This document shows positions 39,160-48,621 of a stretch of DNA of 64,000 bases, piece by piece. Within the stretch, counting starts at the first letter, position 1, and each line of letters starts with the position of its first letter. This DNA comes from a virus: positions 50,802 through 114,801 of IMG/VR virus record IMGVR_UViG_3300033997_000310; one strand, given 5' to 3'. The notes under the pieces are model-generated. The model was not told the origin of the DNA and ran no database searches. It saw nothing but the letters and a program-made list of their open reading frames with translations. The position numbers and the translations under genes were made by a program.

Positions 39160-39966
39160 TCAGGCCTTGATGATGGTGACGAAATCGCCCGGCACCTGGC
39201 CGAACGGGTTGGCGGTGTAGATATGATCGATGTGCTTGCTCAGCTCATCGAAGCCGGCACTGAAGATGCTGTGGGTGATGTAGAGCAGCACGCGACCATC
39301 GGTGAGCGGCTGCAGCACCTTCGCCAACTCGATGAAGGTGCGGCCGCCGTCACAGATATCGTCCACGACCAGGAAGTCAGCCTTGCCGACGTGCTCGCTG
39401 TACGCGACCGTGCCGGTGATGCTGCCGTCCCTCGGGTCACGCGTCTTGTCGGCGCGGACCATGGGACAGCCCAGCGCCTTGGCGATGCCGCTGACCTTCT
39501 TGATCGCGCCCGCGTCCGGCGCCACCAGCACGCAGTTGCCGACGTCCAGATAGCGCAGGAAGTCGAGTGCCGGCTTGTTGATGCACCGGTCCAGCAGCGC
39601 CGGACCAACATCGCTGTGGCAGTCCCAGACCGTCACGCTGGCATAGCGCTGCGCGTTGATCAGGTCGCACATCACCCGCAGCGACAGAGCCTCACCTGGC
39701 GCGCAGACGCGGTCCTGACGGGCATAGGGCAGATAGGGGCAGGTGAGATGGACCGGGATGTCTCCGAACTGGCGGCGGGCCGCATCGGTCAGCAGCAGCA
39801 GCCGCATGATGTCGGATGCGTCCGTCATCATCGCTGAGATGTACAGGTCCTTGGCAATGTGCCGGAAAGGAAACGGATTGATCCGGCAGTGAGCCTCACC
39901 GCCGCTGAAGTTGTGCCAGACCACGTCGGCGGCATAGATGTCGACGCAGAGGGTGATGTTACCCAT
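39160..39966 (-). CDS. PRPP synthetase-like protein (Adps candidate)
   Basis: FSGGE, PYLPYARQDR, APDAGA, VVDDICDGGRTF and THSIFS motifs. Confidence 0.92.
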   Translation of the reverse strand: MGNITLCVDIYAADVVWHNFSGGEAHCRINPFPFRHIAKDLYISAMMTDASDIMRLLLLTDAARRQFGDIPVHLTCPYLPYARQDRVCAPGEALSLRVMCDLINAQRYASVTVWDCHSDVGPALLDRCINKPALDFLRYLDVGNCVLVAPDAGAIKKVSGIAKALGCPMVRADKTRDPRDGSITGTVAYSEHVGKADFLVVDDICDGGRTFIELAKVLQPLTDGRVLLYITHSIFSAGFDELSKHIDHIYTANPFGQVPGDFVTIIKA

Positions 39967-40014
39967 GGGGGACCTCCGGTGGTGTGGGCCAGGAGTTGGA
40001 CCTGACCCGTGGTG

Positions 40015-41805
40015 TCATGCCGCCTTGGCACCCATCTGCTTCATGGCATCGGCGCGGGTGTATGCCACCCCGTCGTCGAGCCAGTAGGTGGCCCCCATGC
40101 CAGCCGGCCCGATGTCAGGCACCTTGTCCGGCGTCGGCACCATCAGCGACACGATCCAGTGCAGGCCGGTCCCGTGCAGCATCTGGATGAAGTTGCCGCG
40201 CTCCTCAGCCGGGAGACGGTCGAAGTTGTCCACCACCACCAGGGCGGAGCCGTCCACCTTGGCGATGGCGGTCTGCATGATAATGCGGACCTTGGCGCGC
40301 TCGCCTTCCGACAGCAGGATGGACCGGCCGCCATATTCGATGCCCAGCTCATCGTTCAGCGTGACGGGCCGAACCTTCGCCGCCCGGCACAGCGGCGCCA
40401 GGACATCGCGGTTGAAGGCTTCGATGCCCTCCACCAGCTTCGTGCGGCGCACGCCCTTGTTCTCGTCCAGCAGCTCGACGATGCCGGCATTGACGACGAT
40501 GCTCTCGTGCTTGGCACGGGCCTCGTGGAACGCCTTGAACGCGGCCAGACGGTCGCGGGCGACGGTCATGGCGGCCTCGGCATCTGCCACAGACATGGTG
40601 CTGGCGGCTACAGCCTGCAGTTCGTTCAGGCGCGTCTGGGCAGCCCGTACGGACATGGCGTCGCGTTCGGCCACCTGCAGGGCATCGTAGGCATCGCGGA
40701 ACTCCTTGTCGGCGGCGGCGCGGTCCCGCTCGAAAGCCGCACGCGCGGCCTTGGCGGCTTCGATGGTGGCCTCGTCGATATGCTGCGCCTTCTCCAGGCG
40801 CGGCCCGGCCAGATCGGAGACAATGCTGACACTGCCGGCGCAGTGCGGGCAGGGCGTGCCACTGGACGGGATGGCCGGCGGCGTCTTGATCTTGAACGGC
40901 TGGTCTGCCTCGCGTGCCTTGTCCATGCGCCGCTTGGCAGTGACCAGGGTGCGCTCCAGATCGGGCAGGGCGTCGACCTTGGCCTTCAGTTCCGCGATGA
41001 TCGCCTCGGAAGCGCCTTCGGCCTTGGCGGCGGCGATCTTGGCGGCGTCGGCGCGATGCACAGCACCTTCCAGATCGGAAAGGCTGGTAGCAGCCAGTTC
41101 ATCATCCCAGATGGCCGGCTTCCACGATTCGGCCAACGCAGGCCCGTAATTGCCGCTGTGCCGCGTGATGGCCTTCCATTCGGCCTTCAGATCAACGCCC
41201 TTGGCGGCGGCGTCCTTGTGGGCGGTGTTCCAGCCCTTGTCGGTGATGGTTTTCCACAGCGATTTCAGAAGCCGATACAGGCCGCGGTCATTGTCATCGT
41301 CGTCATTCAGGCCGATGGTGCGCATGTCGGCAACGGCATCTATGTCAAGAGCTGCATCGCTCGGCTTGTGCAGATTGGCCTCCCGCAGAGCGGCCAGCAC
41401 GTCATCGCGCGTCGGTTCGATCTTCAGCAGCGGACCCAGGATGGCCGGGCGCTTCTTGGCATCAACCTCGGTGATGCATTCCAGGCCGGCGGCGAAGGCG
41501 GACACGGCCGGCGGCGAACCGCTGCCCTTCTCCAGCTTCATTTCGGCCTTGGGGTAGGCCACGGAGACGGCATATCCCTCGCCTTCCCAGCGGACGGAAC
41601 CTTTCTCCGCACCGCTCTTGACCAGGCGCAGGGCCTCACCCTTCTTCACCTCGCCAGTGGGCACGGTGTTACCCGTGACGGCGGCGCGCACGCACAGCAC
41701 GATGCTGCTCTTGCCCTGACCGCTGGTGCCGGCCAGGATGGCGCCACGGCTGACCTGGATATCGGCGGCGCGGCAGCCGCCCATGTTACTCACCTCGAAA
41801 CGCAT
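40015..41805 (-). CDS. SbcC/Rad50-like ABC ATPase
   Basis: Walker A GTSGQGKSS, coiled coil with CPHC hook, signature LSEGE and Walker B VVVDNFD. Confidence 0.8.
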   Translation of the reverse strand: MRFEVSNMGGCRAADIQVSRGAILAGTSGQGKSSIVLCVRAAVTGNTVPTGEVKKGEALRLVKSGAEKGSVRWEGEGYAVSVAYPKAEMKLEKGSGSPPAVSAFAAGLECITEVDAKKRPAILGPLLKIEPTRDDVLAALREANLHKPSDAALDIDAVADMRTIGLNDDDDNDRGLYRLLKSLWKTITDKGWNTAHKDAAAKGVDLKAEWKAITRHSGNYGPALAESWKPAIWDDELAATSLSDLEGAVHRADAAKIAAAKAEGASEAIIAELKAKVDALPDLERTLVTAKRRMDKAREADQPFKIKTPPAIPSSGTPCPHCAGSVSIVSDLAGPRLEKAQHIDEATIEAAKAARAAFERDRAAADKEFRDAYDALQVAERDAMSVRAAQTRLNELQAVAASTMSVADAEAAMTVARDRLAAFKAFHEARAKHESIVVNAGIVELLDENKGVRRTKLVEGIEAFNRDVLAPLCRAAKVRPVTLNDELGIEYGGRSILLSEGERAKVRIIMQTAIAKVDGSALVVVDNFDRLPAEERGNFIQMLHGTGLHWIVSLMVPTPDKVPDIGPAGMGATYWLDDGVAYTRADAMKQMGAKAA

Positions 41806-41923
41806 AGATGTCTCCTTTGCAGATGGTGATGGAAGCCTATTCCCGATGATGGAAAAAGACAATAAGCAATAATGGGAAAATCACATGGAACGGGGCGCGC
41901 GAAACGCCCCGCGCCGATGGTGA

Positions 41924-42340
41924 TCAGGCAGCCTGCTTCTTGCCCAGACCGTAGCTCTTCGCCAGACCGGAACGCACGGCCGCATAGTTCGGGGCCGTCA
42001 TCGGATAATCCACGGGCAAGCCCCACTTGCGCCGGTATTCATCCGGCGTCATGCCAAGCTTCGCCAGATGCCGCTTGAGCATCTTCAGCTTCTTCCCGTC
42101 ATCCAGGCAGACGATGTAGTCCGGCGTCACCGACTTGCGGATCGGCACTGCGGGCTCCAGCTTGGCCGGCTCGGGCGGGCTGGTGGCGGCGGGCGGTTCC
42201 GAAGTCAGATCACTCAGCGTGGAATAAATGGTCTTCAGCAGGGCGGGCAGGTAGTCCATCGGCGTGTTGGCCGGATTGGCGGCGATGAACGCCGTGGCGA
42301 CAGCCGTAGTGCTGGCCAGCAACTCGGAGTGCGTATGCAT
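41924..42340 (-). CDS. mucR: MucR/Ros family nucleoid-associated regulator
   Basis: PAVPIRKSVTPDYIVCLDDGKKLKMLKRHL..MTPDEYRRKWGLP.DYPMTAPNYA. Confidence 0.93.
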   Translation of the reverse strand: MHTHSELLASTTAVATAFIAANPANTPMDYLPALLKTIYSTLSDLTSEPPAATSPPEPAKLEPAVPIRKSVTPDYIVCLDDGKKLKMLKRHLAKLGMTPDEYRRKWGLPVDYPMTAPNYAAVRSGLAKSYGLGKKQAA

Positions 42341-42395
42341 GCTCTTGTCCTTGGTTGGGAGTGGTGCAGCGGCGGTTGGGGCGCCGCTGCGTTGA

Positions 42396-43544
42396 TCAGC
42401 CGAAATTCAGGCCGTCGCCAGTGTGCGGCGGGGCACCGTCTTCGTAAATCTCACCGGTCTGCGGATCGTGCGCGGGAGGCGGCTCCGTCCGCTGGGCCTG
42501 CGCAGCCTTGCCGCCGCGCGGGCGCGTGGTGGCCTCGACCGGGCCGGCGCTGCCGCTGGCAACGACTGGTGCGGCTTCGCGCTGGTGCGTGCCTTCGACC
42601 ACAAAGGGCTTCTCGGTGGGGGAAGGCAGGGCGGCGGCCTGGGGAGATTCATCCTCATGCTCGACCGTCGGCACGCCGTCGCCGTCCTTCAGGCTCTGCG
42701 CCACGGACACGTCCTGCATCGCCGCGAAGTCGATGGTGCCGCTCTCCGCCGCCTCATCGGCCGCCGCCGCGGAGGCGAAGTTGCCGCCGATCGGCAGCAC
42801 CTTGGACAGCTTGCGGATGGCGGTCTTGGCCGCCATGTCGTCTTCCCACATCACCCAGGGCGTCTCGGCCAGCTTCTTCTCGGCCGATTCCTTCTTCCAC
42901 CCGGAATCCGCTTCGGCCGCCTGCTTGACCAGGAAGTTGTATGTCTCGGACTTGGACCGGGCCTTGTGGACTTCCTCCAGGGGCAGGACGCAGGCCAGCG
43001 TCGCCTCGGCGCCGGCGGCCGTGCGATACCGGGCGATGGCATAGGCACCGATCAGCGGGCCACGATCCGTCATGGCCGGCTGCCAGCGCAGATGCGCGTC
43101 ATAGTCCTCGAAATACTCGAACTTGTCGTTCTGGTGGATCGCATGCGCCCGGAGACTGACGATGTTCGGGTTGCGATAGGCCAGTTCGATCAGGCCGCGA
43201 TAGCCGATGACCAGTTGGCATTCTGTGCCGACGACGCCCCACTTGCCGGTCTGGGGATCCTTGCCACGCTTCTGATAGGGGATCAGATAAGCGTGACCCT
43301 GCGGGGTGTTCGGCTCCAGCTCCAGGCTGGCCAGCGTCATAACGGCACCCAGGAACGACTGCTTGTCGCACTGACCGAGGGCCGGAACCTTGCGCAGGCA
43401 GTTGATGACGATCTTCAGCAGGCGCTCGGGGCGCAGGTACTTGCCGGCAACGGCGCTGATGCCGGAGACGACGGTGGGCGAACTGAGATATTCAGCCAGC
43501 TCACGGGGCTTCTGCGTTGCCGGCACTGCGGCGGGGGTGTTCAT
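42396..43544 (-). CDS. recT: RecT-family single-strand annealing protein
   Basis: LEPNTPQGHAYLIPY, CQLVIGYRGLIELA and MAAKTAIRKLSK motifs. Confidence 0.92.
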   Translation of the reverse strand: MNTPAAVPATQKPRELAEYLSSPTVVSGISAVAGKYLRPERLLKIVINCLRKVPALGQCDKQSFLGAVMTLASLELEPNTPQGHAYLIPYQKRGKDPQTGKWGVVGTECQLVIGYRGLIELAYRNPNIVSLRAHAIHQNDKFEYFEDYDAHLRWQPAMTDRGPLIGAYAIARYRTAAGAEATLACVLPLEEVHKARSKSETYNFLVKQAAEADSGWKKESAEKKLAETPWVMWEDDMAAKTAIRKLSKVLPIGGNFASAAAADEAAESGTIDFAAMQDVSVAQSLKDGDGVPTVEHEDESPQAAALPSPTEKPFVVEGTHQREAAPVVASGSAGPVEATTRPRGGKAAQAQRTEPPPAHDPQTGEIYEDGAPPHTGDGLNFG

Positions 43545-44050
43545 TACTCATCTCCTTTGAAGGAAAGTGGCATGTTGGGAAAGTTGAGTGTTGCGTACTC
43601 ACCGAAGAATGAAACTGCCGCAAGGTCATAAGCTCTCGCCGCCAACCTTGGAGATGCAAAGTTTCCAAGCCAAATGCGTTTGCGATTTACGGTTATCTGG
43701 GCAATGTAATTCGGTGACTTGTTCTCAGGCTGAACGCCTCTGTAGCCAGTTTGGCTTTTGCACCTGCGACGGCTTGCGTTGTTCTTGCTGCGAGTGCAAA
43801 TGCGCAAATTTTCTTTTCTGTTATCAAGGCCGTCGCCATTTATATGGTCGACATCTAATCCGTCCGGTGCATTCATGATGACTCTGTGCATCATCAGGCA
43901 TTTCCGGTTCTTTCTCCCTCCGTGGTTTTTATGCGCATACCAAACGTGAAGCGATCTGGAGCAATTCCATGCGCCGAACGACATGATGCGGTCGTAGTCA
44001 TCGTCGTCAACGATGGCGCTAATGCCATTCGGCAGCGGTATCGTCTTCAA
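43544..44050 (-). CDS. HNH-AP2 homing endonuclease
   Basis: TTG start after AAGGAG; MHRVIM, VDHINGDGLDNRKENLR, YRGV and WLGNF..AARAYD motifs; lower GC. Confidence 0.9.
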   Translation of the reverse strand: MKTIPLPNGISAIVDDDDYDRIMSFGAWNCSRSLHVWYAHKNHGGRKNRKCLMMHRVIMNAPDGLDVDHINGDGLDNRKENLRICTRSKNNASRRRCKSQTGYRGVQPENKSPNYIAQITVNRKRIWLGNFASPRLAARAYDLAAVSFFGEYATLNFPNMPLSFKGDE

Positions 44051-44964
44051 TTTGAATGCTCCTTGAACTTCCACTCCGCACAGCCGTCCGTGCCCCACAG
44101 AGGGCAGGTCCGCTCCGCGCAAAGGAAACTGGACGGCGAACAATCGAAGGCGTTGATCGGGTCCGCGCTTCCGACTGAAACCAGCCGCCGGAACTCCGTC
44201 ACGTCCTGCTTGACGCGGCGGATTCGGTTGAACGTGATGGGTTCGATGTCCCACAGTTCGTAATTTGTGACGACTGGCGGCGGCACGTCCTTATCCGCCG
44301 CCACGCGCTTGATGAAGCGTGTCCGCGCCAGCTTGATCGGTCGGCCATGCGCGCGATGGATCGTGCTGTAGGCGCCGAGCTGCGCCGCGTGCGTGCGGCT
44401 GACGACTCCAGTTTTTACATCTTCGATAGCGTCCGGCCCCATGGCGATGATATCGGTCTGGCCGGACAGGATGAACCCGTCACCAAGGTCAACGGTCAGT
44501 CGCTCCTCCAGCGACAGCGGCTCGATCTCCGGCACTGACCAATGAGCGAACACCTTCGCCATCTTGGCGATCTGCTTCTCGGCCGACGATGTGTTCGGGC
44601 TGGTCTTGTCGAACACCACGCCCTGGATCAGCAACTCACGGAACCGCTCCACCGCGCCATCGGTGGCCATGGAAACAGAACCGGTTCCGTAGCGCCCATG
44701 CATCTTATCCAGCAGCATCAATTCGGTCCCGCGATGCACGGATGTGCCAACGGTCGATGCAACGGTGTTGGCAAAGTCGCGGATTTCATATCCGGCTGCC
44801 TTGATTTCGTCCCGCAGTATCGACGCTGCCGCCGTCCGCCGCGCCGTATCCCCATAACTGGACAGCGACGAAGGTCGAATGATCGTGCGGCCTTCCTCGT
44901 CTTTCACCTGCACCTCCTTGCGATGGCCCAATCCCGAAGCGCTGCCGCTGTCATGCTGTGACAC
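44047..44964 (-). CDS. PD-(D/E)XK exonuclease (RecT partner)
   Basis: IRPSSL, GTSVH, LSGQTD..IEDVKTG, QLGAY and C-terminal Cys cluster. Confidence 0.8.
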   Translation of the reverse strand: MSQHDSGSASGLGHRKEVQVKDEEGRTIIRPSSLSSYGDTARRTAAASILRDEIKAAGYEIRDFANTVASTVGTSVHRGTELMLLDKMHGRYGTGSVSMATDGAVERFRELLIQGVVFDKTSPNTSSAEKQIAKMAKVFAHWSVPEIEPLSLEERLTVDLGDGFILSGQTDIIAMGPDAIEDVKTGVVSRTHAAQLGAYSTIHRAHGRPIKLARTRFIKRVAADKDVPPPVVTNYELWDIEPITFNRIRRVKQDVTEFRRLVSVGSADPINAFDCSPSSFLCAERTCPLWGTDGCAEWKFKEHSN

Positions 44965-45275
44965 AGGTCAATGACCCGCTGGCATTGCCACTGATTGAAG
45001 AACCGGATGTGCGCTTCGTCGCGATCCAGCCCCATCTGTTCCGCCAGCCAGGCATAGGCCCTGCGTCGCGCCGAATTGGCAATTCGACATCTGGCCTTGC
45101 GCGCCGCCGGCCCACGTCCGCGCATGACTGCCTCGTGACACGGCAGATGGATGGCATCCCTCCACAGCGGGTCGAATGCATCATGAGCCTGTGCCCTGGC
45201 AATCAGCACGGATTGCGCCACCAAGATCGGCTGGCGGTCGGGAAGCGTCAGCATGACATTTAGCTGAAGCGCCAT
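44904..45275 (-). CDS. DUF3268-like protein
   Basis: AHDAFDPLW..AYAWLAEQMG..HI..F...QC motif. Confidence 0.6.
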   Translation of the reverse strand: MALQLNVMLTLPDRQPILVAQSVLIARAQAHDAFDPLWRDAIHLPCHEAVMRGRGPAARKARCRIANSARRRAYAWLAEQMGLDRDEAHIRFFNQWQCQRVIDLCHSMTAAALRDWAIARRCR

Positions 45276-45368
45276 TGCGCCCTCCGTTATTGGTTATATG
45301 CATCAGCATTATGGAAGAATGTCATTATTCTGCGCAAGAGAAAATCGCCACCGGAGCAGCGTTTTTCT

Positions 45369-46013
45369 TCAGTCGTCAGTCGTTTGCAGGTTCCTGCGCA
45401 CCCAGACGATAGGCGCGCACCATGAAATCGCCACGTCGTGGATTTCCGGGGCGTTGTAGCTGGCCAGCGTGTAGAGGCCACGCCGGCTGCCTGACATGAC
45501 ACGCTTGACCAGGGTGGCGCCGCCGTCCACCTGGACAACGCACTCAGTTCCCAGCATGTCGCTGGGCTTCCCCTTGCCTTGCTCTGAATAGAACAGGATG
45601 TCGCCGTCCCGGTAGACGGGCCACATGGAATTGCCCCTGACAACCAGGGCGGCAGTCGGCTCCGGTTGATCCGGATCCATCTGCGGCGGTGACGGTGTTT
45701 CCTGCATCAGCTTCTTGCCGATGTGCTTCACTTCATTGCCGGCCATCACGAACCCGACGACCGGAACCGATCTTGGCACATATCCCGTCGATTCGGGCGG
45801 CTTGTTGCCATAGCGAAGAAATTCCGGTGATAGGAAAAGAACCGTTGCCAGTTGCGCCAGGGTGTCCTCCCGCGGCGTCGTCCTGTCCATTTCCCACAGG
45901 GCCACCGTGGACTGATCCACGGCGACCAGATTCGCCAACGCCTGCTGACTGAGGTTCATCGCCTTACGGGCTTCCTTGATTCGGATTCCCATCGTCTGGT
46001 GCTTTTGCTTCAT
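45369..46013 (-). CDS. cI: CI-like repressor (HTH + S24 peptidase)
   Basis: Xre HTH (LSQQALA..VDQSTVALWE), VRGNSM serine and LVKR lysine. Start uncertain (45992-46061). Confidence 0.9.
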   Translation of the reverse strand: MKQKHQTMGIRIKEARKAMNLSQQALANLVAVDQSTVALWEMDRTTPREDTLAQLATVLFLSPEFLRYGNKPPESTGYVPRSVPVVGFVMAGNEVKHIGKKLMQETPSPPQMDPDQPEPTAALVVRGNSMWPVYRDGDILFYSEQGKGKPSDMLGTECVVQVDGGATLVKRVMSGSRRGLYTLASYNAPEIHDVAISWCAPIVWVRRNLQTTDD

Positions 46014-46062
46014 CGGTGCCCTTTTGGCGTCGTCAGCAGCCTTGTGCCGCTCATCGCGCATA

Positions 46063-46125
46063 ATGGCAAATTTCCATTGACACGGCAAGACCGCACAGGC
46101 ATTGCTTTTAATGAGGAAAGTTCAT
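46063..46125. promoter_or_regulatory. Two ATG-N9-CAT operator-like sites in the cI/cro interval
   Basis: ATGGCAAATTTCCAT (46063) and ATGAGGAAAGTTCAT (46111); related sites recur in other intergenic regions. Confidence 0.65.
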
Positions 46126-46161
46126 ATGGTCGAATGTGGTTGGATAATGAGGACCACAGTT

Positions 46162-46443
46162 ATGCCCTTCAAGCCTATCACCGATCTGAACGAATCTCAG
46201 CGCATCGTCTCCGCTGTCGTCGCCGCATTCGGCATGTCCCAGCAGAAGCTGGGTGAACTGCTTGAGTGCGACCAGTCCACCATTTCGGGGTGGATCGTGC
46301 GCGGCACGGTGACTGACCGGCGCCAGAAGCAGCTCATCGCGCTGTCGAAGGAGCTGGTTGTCCAGGGGAAGATGACTCGGCCCATCGAGCCGAACGACTT
46401 CCACGAGCTGCGCGACAATCGCGACATGCAACAGGCGGCCTGA
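46162..46443 (+). CDS. Cro-like HTH protein
   Basis: Divergent from cI; SQQKLGELLECDQSTISGW. Confidence 0.8.
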   Translation: MPFKPITDLNESQRIVSAVVAAFGMSQQKLGELLECDQSTISGWIVRGTVTDRRQKQLIALSKELVVQGKMTRPIEPNDFHELRDNRDMQQAA

Positions 46444-46469
46444 CCGTCGCCGACATCGAGGGGAACATC

Positions 46470-46733
46470 ATGACCGAGACGGCAACGTCAACGGATGTGG
46501 GTGGTATTGCCGCCGAACGGCTCAAAAGCTTCATTGAGAGAATCGAAAGATTGTCGGAGGAAGCCAAGGGTATTCAGGACGACATACGCGACATCTATGC
46601 CGAAGCGAAAGGCACAGGATTCCAAGTTCCGATCATGCGGCAGATCATCCGCCTGCGGAAGATGAACAAGGAAGATCGGCAGGAACAAGAGGCGCTTCTC
46701 GACCTCTATCGTGCGGCGATTGGCCTGGAATGA
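46470..46733 (+). CDS. GapR/DUF2312 DNA-binding protein
   Basis: ERLKSFIERIERL.EE..DIRDIYAEAKGTGF..IIRLRKM. Confidence 0.9.
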   Translation: MTETATSTDVGGIAAERLKSFIERIERLSEEAKGIQDDIRDIYAEAKGTGFQVPIMRQIIRLRKMNKEDRQEQEALLDLYRAAIGLE

Positions 46734-46999
46734 TGCAGGCCGCTACCGAAACCGCGCCCACCACCGAGCGCCGCAGGCCCAGCGCTACCCACATGTGGGT
46801 TGTCCTGCAGAAGCGCCTGCGCGTTGCCCGCGCCGCTCAGCAGAAATCCCAGCTTGCGGTGGCAACCTATATCGGCGTCACCCGCCAAGCCTTCAGCCTC
46901 TGGGAAAACGGGCAGACCATCCCGCCGGCCGACAAGCTCTGCGCCTGGTGCGCGTTCCTCCACCTCACTCTGGGCGTGACCGATGCAGACGGCACTTGA
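46730..46999 (+). CDS. Xre-family HTH protein
   Basis: SQLAVATYIGVTRQAFSLWENG. Confidence 0.8.
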   Translation: MMQAATETAPTTERRRPSATHMWVVLQKRLRVARAAQQKSQLAVATYIGVTRQAFSLWENGQTIPPADKLCAWCAFLHLTLGVTDADGT

Positions 47000-47522
47000 C
47001 CTTGGAGCGCCTTCTGCGCTCCCGCCTATTGAGCAGATGCAGAACACAGCGGTGTTTTCTGCCTGCGAGACCTATCGCTATTACCTGCGACGCGTATGGT
47101 ATCACAGCAAGCCGGTGATGGCATGGGTGTGCCTGAATCCTAGCACAGCCACAGAAGCGGTCAATGACCCGTCCGTGCGTCGGATGGCCGGTTACGCCTG
47201 GGAATGGGGATATGGCGGCTTCATCGTCGGCAACGCTTTCGCGCTGCGCAGCACAGATCCGGCCGGTCTGAAACAGATCGACGACCCGGTTGGGCCTGAG
47301 AACGACGAATGGCTTCGGCGCATCTGCGAGGAAGCGGCGCTCGTTGTCTGCGGCTGGGGCAATCATGGCTTGCTCTGGGGGCGCGGCGGCATCGTTCTGC
47401 GCCTGATCCGCTCCACCGGCAAGGTGCCGCATGCGCTGGCGATCACCGGCCAGGGGCAGCCGAACCATCCGCTCTATCTAAAATCCGACCTGCGTCCGCA
47501 GCCGATGCCGGAGGCCGCGTGA
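46983..47522 (+). CDS. DUF1643 protein
   Basis: YRYYLRRVW, LNPSTA, NAFALRSTDP, WG and HPLY motifs. Confidence 0.88.
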   Translation: MQTALDLGAPSALPPIEQMQNTAVFSACETYRYYLRRVWYHSKPVMAWVCLNPSTATEAVNDPSVRRMAGYAWEWGYGGFIVGNAFALRSTDPAGLKQIDDPVGPENDEWLRRICEEAALVVCGWGNHGLLWGRGGIVLRLIRSTGKVPHALAITGQGQPNHPLYLKSDLRPQPMPEAA

Positions 47523-47944
47523 TGGGCGTTCCGGCCTTCATCGTCCGCCTGATGCACCGGCCCGCTCTTTCGCCCTACGCAAAGCTGGGACCGGAAGACC
47601 GCATCAGCATCGAGTTTGCCAACCAGCTCCGCGCCTGGACGCTGGAGGGCAGGCTGAAGGCCGTCTTCTTCCACGCTGCGAATGAAGTCGGCGGCGGCAC
47701 CAAGAACGCGGCCATCCGCTATGCCGTTGCCAAGGCGCTCGGGCTGATCACTGGCACATACGATTTCACTTTTCTCAGTGACCGCGGCGCCTGGGTGATC
47801 GAGATGAAGGCCGGCAAGAACCGCCCCACCGACGGCCAGAAGGATTTCGCCGCGTGGTGCGACATGCACGGCGTCAAGAATGCCGTCTGCTACAGCGCTG
47901 GAGAGGCTGAAATCAAGCTGAAGGAATGGGGAGTGCTGGTCTGA
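47522..47944 (+). CDS. VRR-NUC nuclease
   Basis: H.ANE, G..D, IEMKAGK...T..QK.F motifs. Confidence 0.8.
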   Translation: MGVPAFIVRLMHRPALSPYAKLGPEDRISIEFANQLRAWTLEGRLKAVFFHAANEVGGGTKNAAIRYAVAKALGLITGTYDFTFLSDRGAWVIEMKAGKNRPTDGQKDFAAWCDMHGVKNAVCYSAGEAEIKLKEWGVLV

Positions 47945-48621
47945 TGGATGGCGGGACTTCGATCACGATTGCCGAGATGCCGGCCAGTGGCGCGGATGAT
48001 GCGCAAGCCGTAATTGCCGGGAAGAAGCAGCGCGTGGTCGAGCGCCCGCCGAGCGATCATTACCCCAGCCCTCCGGAAGCGACGCGGGCACTGCTGAGTG
48101 TAGAGCGGTTCGCTGGCGGCATCTGGGAGTGCTGCGCGGGCCGTGGCGACATGGCAGCGGAACTGCGCATGGCTGGCTATACCGTGGCCGCCACGACCAT
48201 TGAGGAGGGCCGCCACGAGCGGGCCTTCCCAAAGCACATGGTCACAGGCGGCGTCGACGTCCTAAAAGAGACTCGGCGCCGGCACGACACCGCGATCACC
48301 AACCCGCCATATAAGCTCACGGAGGAGATCATCCGTCACCTTATCTGCCTGGGCTGCGTGAACATCGCCATGCTGCTCAACATTAAGTTCCTGTCGAGCG
48401 AGGGGCGGTCTGAATTCTTTGAAAAGTACCCGCCGGCGAACATTTGGGTGTTCCGGGATCGGATCACGATGTATCCGCACGGATATGAGGGGCCCAAAGG
48501 CAGCACCACAGAGACTTTCGCTTGGTTTGTCTGGAGGTCGCCGTTCCATAGTCGGCCGCCGCAGATCGGATGGATCACCGCCAAGCACTTCAGGGATAAG
48601 CGCGATGACAGCCAAGCCTGA
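47944..48621 (+). CDS. Small amino-DNA methyltransferase
   Basis: DHYPSP, WECCAGRG, ITNPPY and AWFVW motifs. Confidence 0.8.
   Translation: MDGGTSITIAEMPASGADDAQAVIAGKKQRVVERPPSDHYPSPPEATRALLSVERFAGGIWECCAGRGDMAAELRMAGYTVAATTIEEGRHERAFPKHMVTGGVDVLKETRRRHDTAITNPPYKLTEEIIRHLICLGCVNIAMLLNIKFLSSEGRSEFFEKYPPANIWVFRDRITMYPHGYEGPKGSTTETFAWFVWRSPFHSRPPQIGWITAKHFRDKRDDSQA

Noticed and set aside
44051-44254. N-terminal extension of the HNH ORF
   Set aside because: It overlaps the exonuclease; a better SD and TTG start lie at 44050.
44047-44964. Cas4 as adaptation partner of the CRISPR locus
   Set aside because: It lies 16 kb away in a RecT operon and is better explained as the recombination exonuclease.
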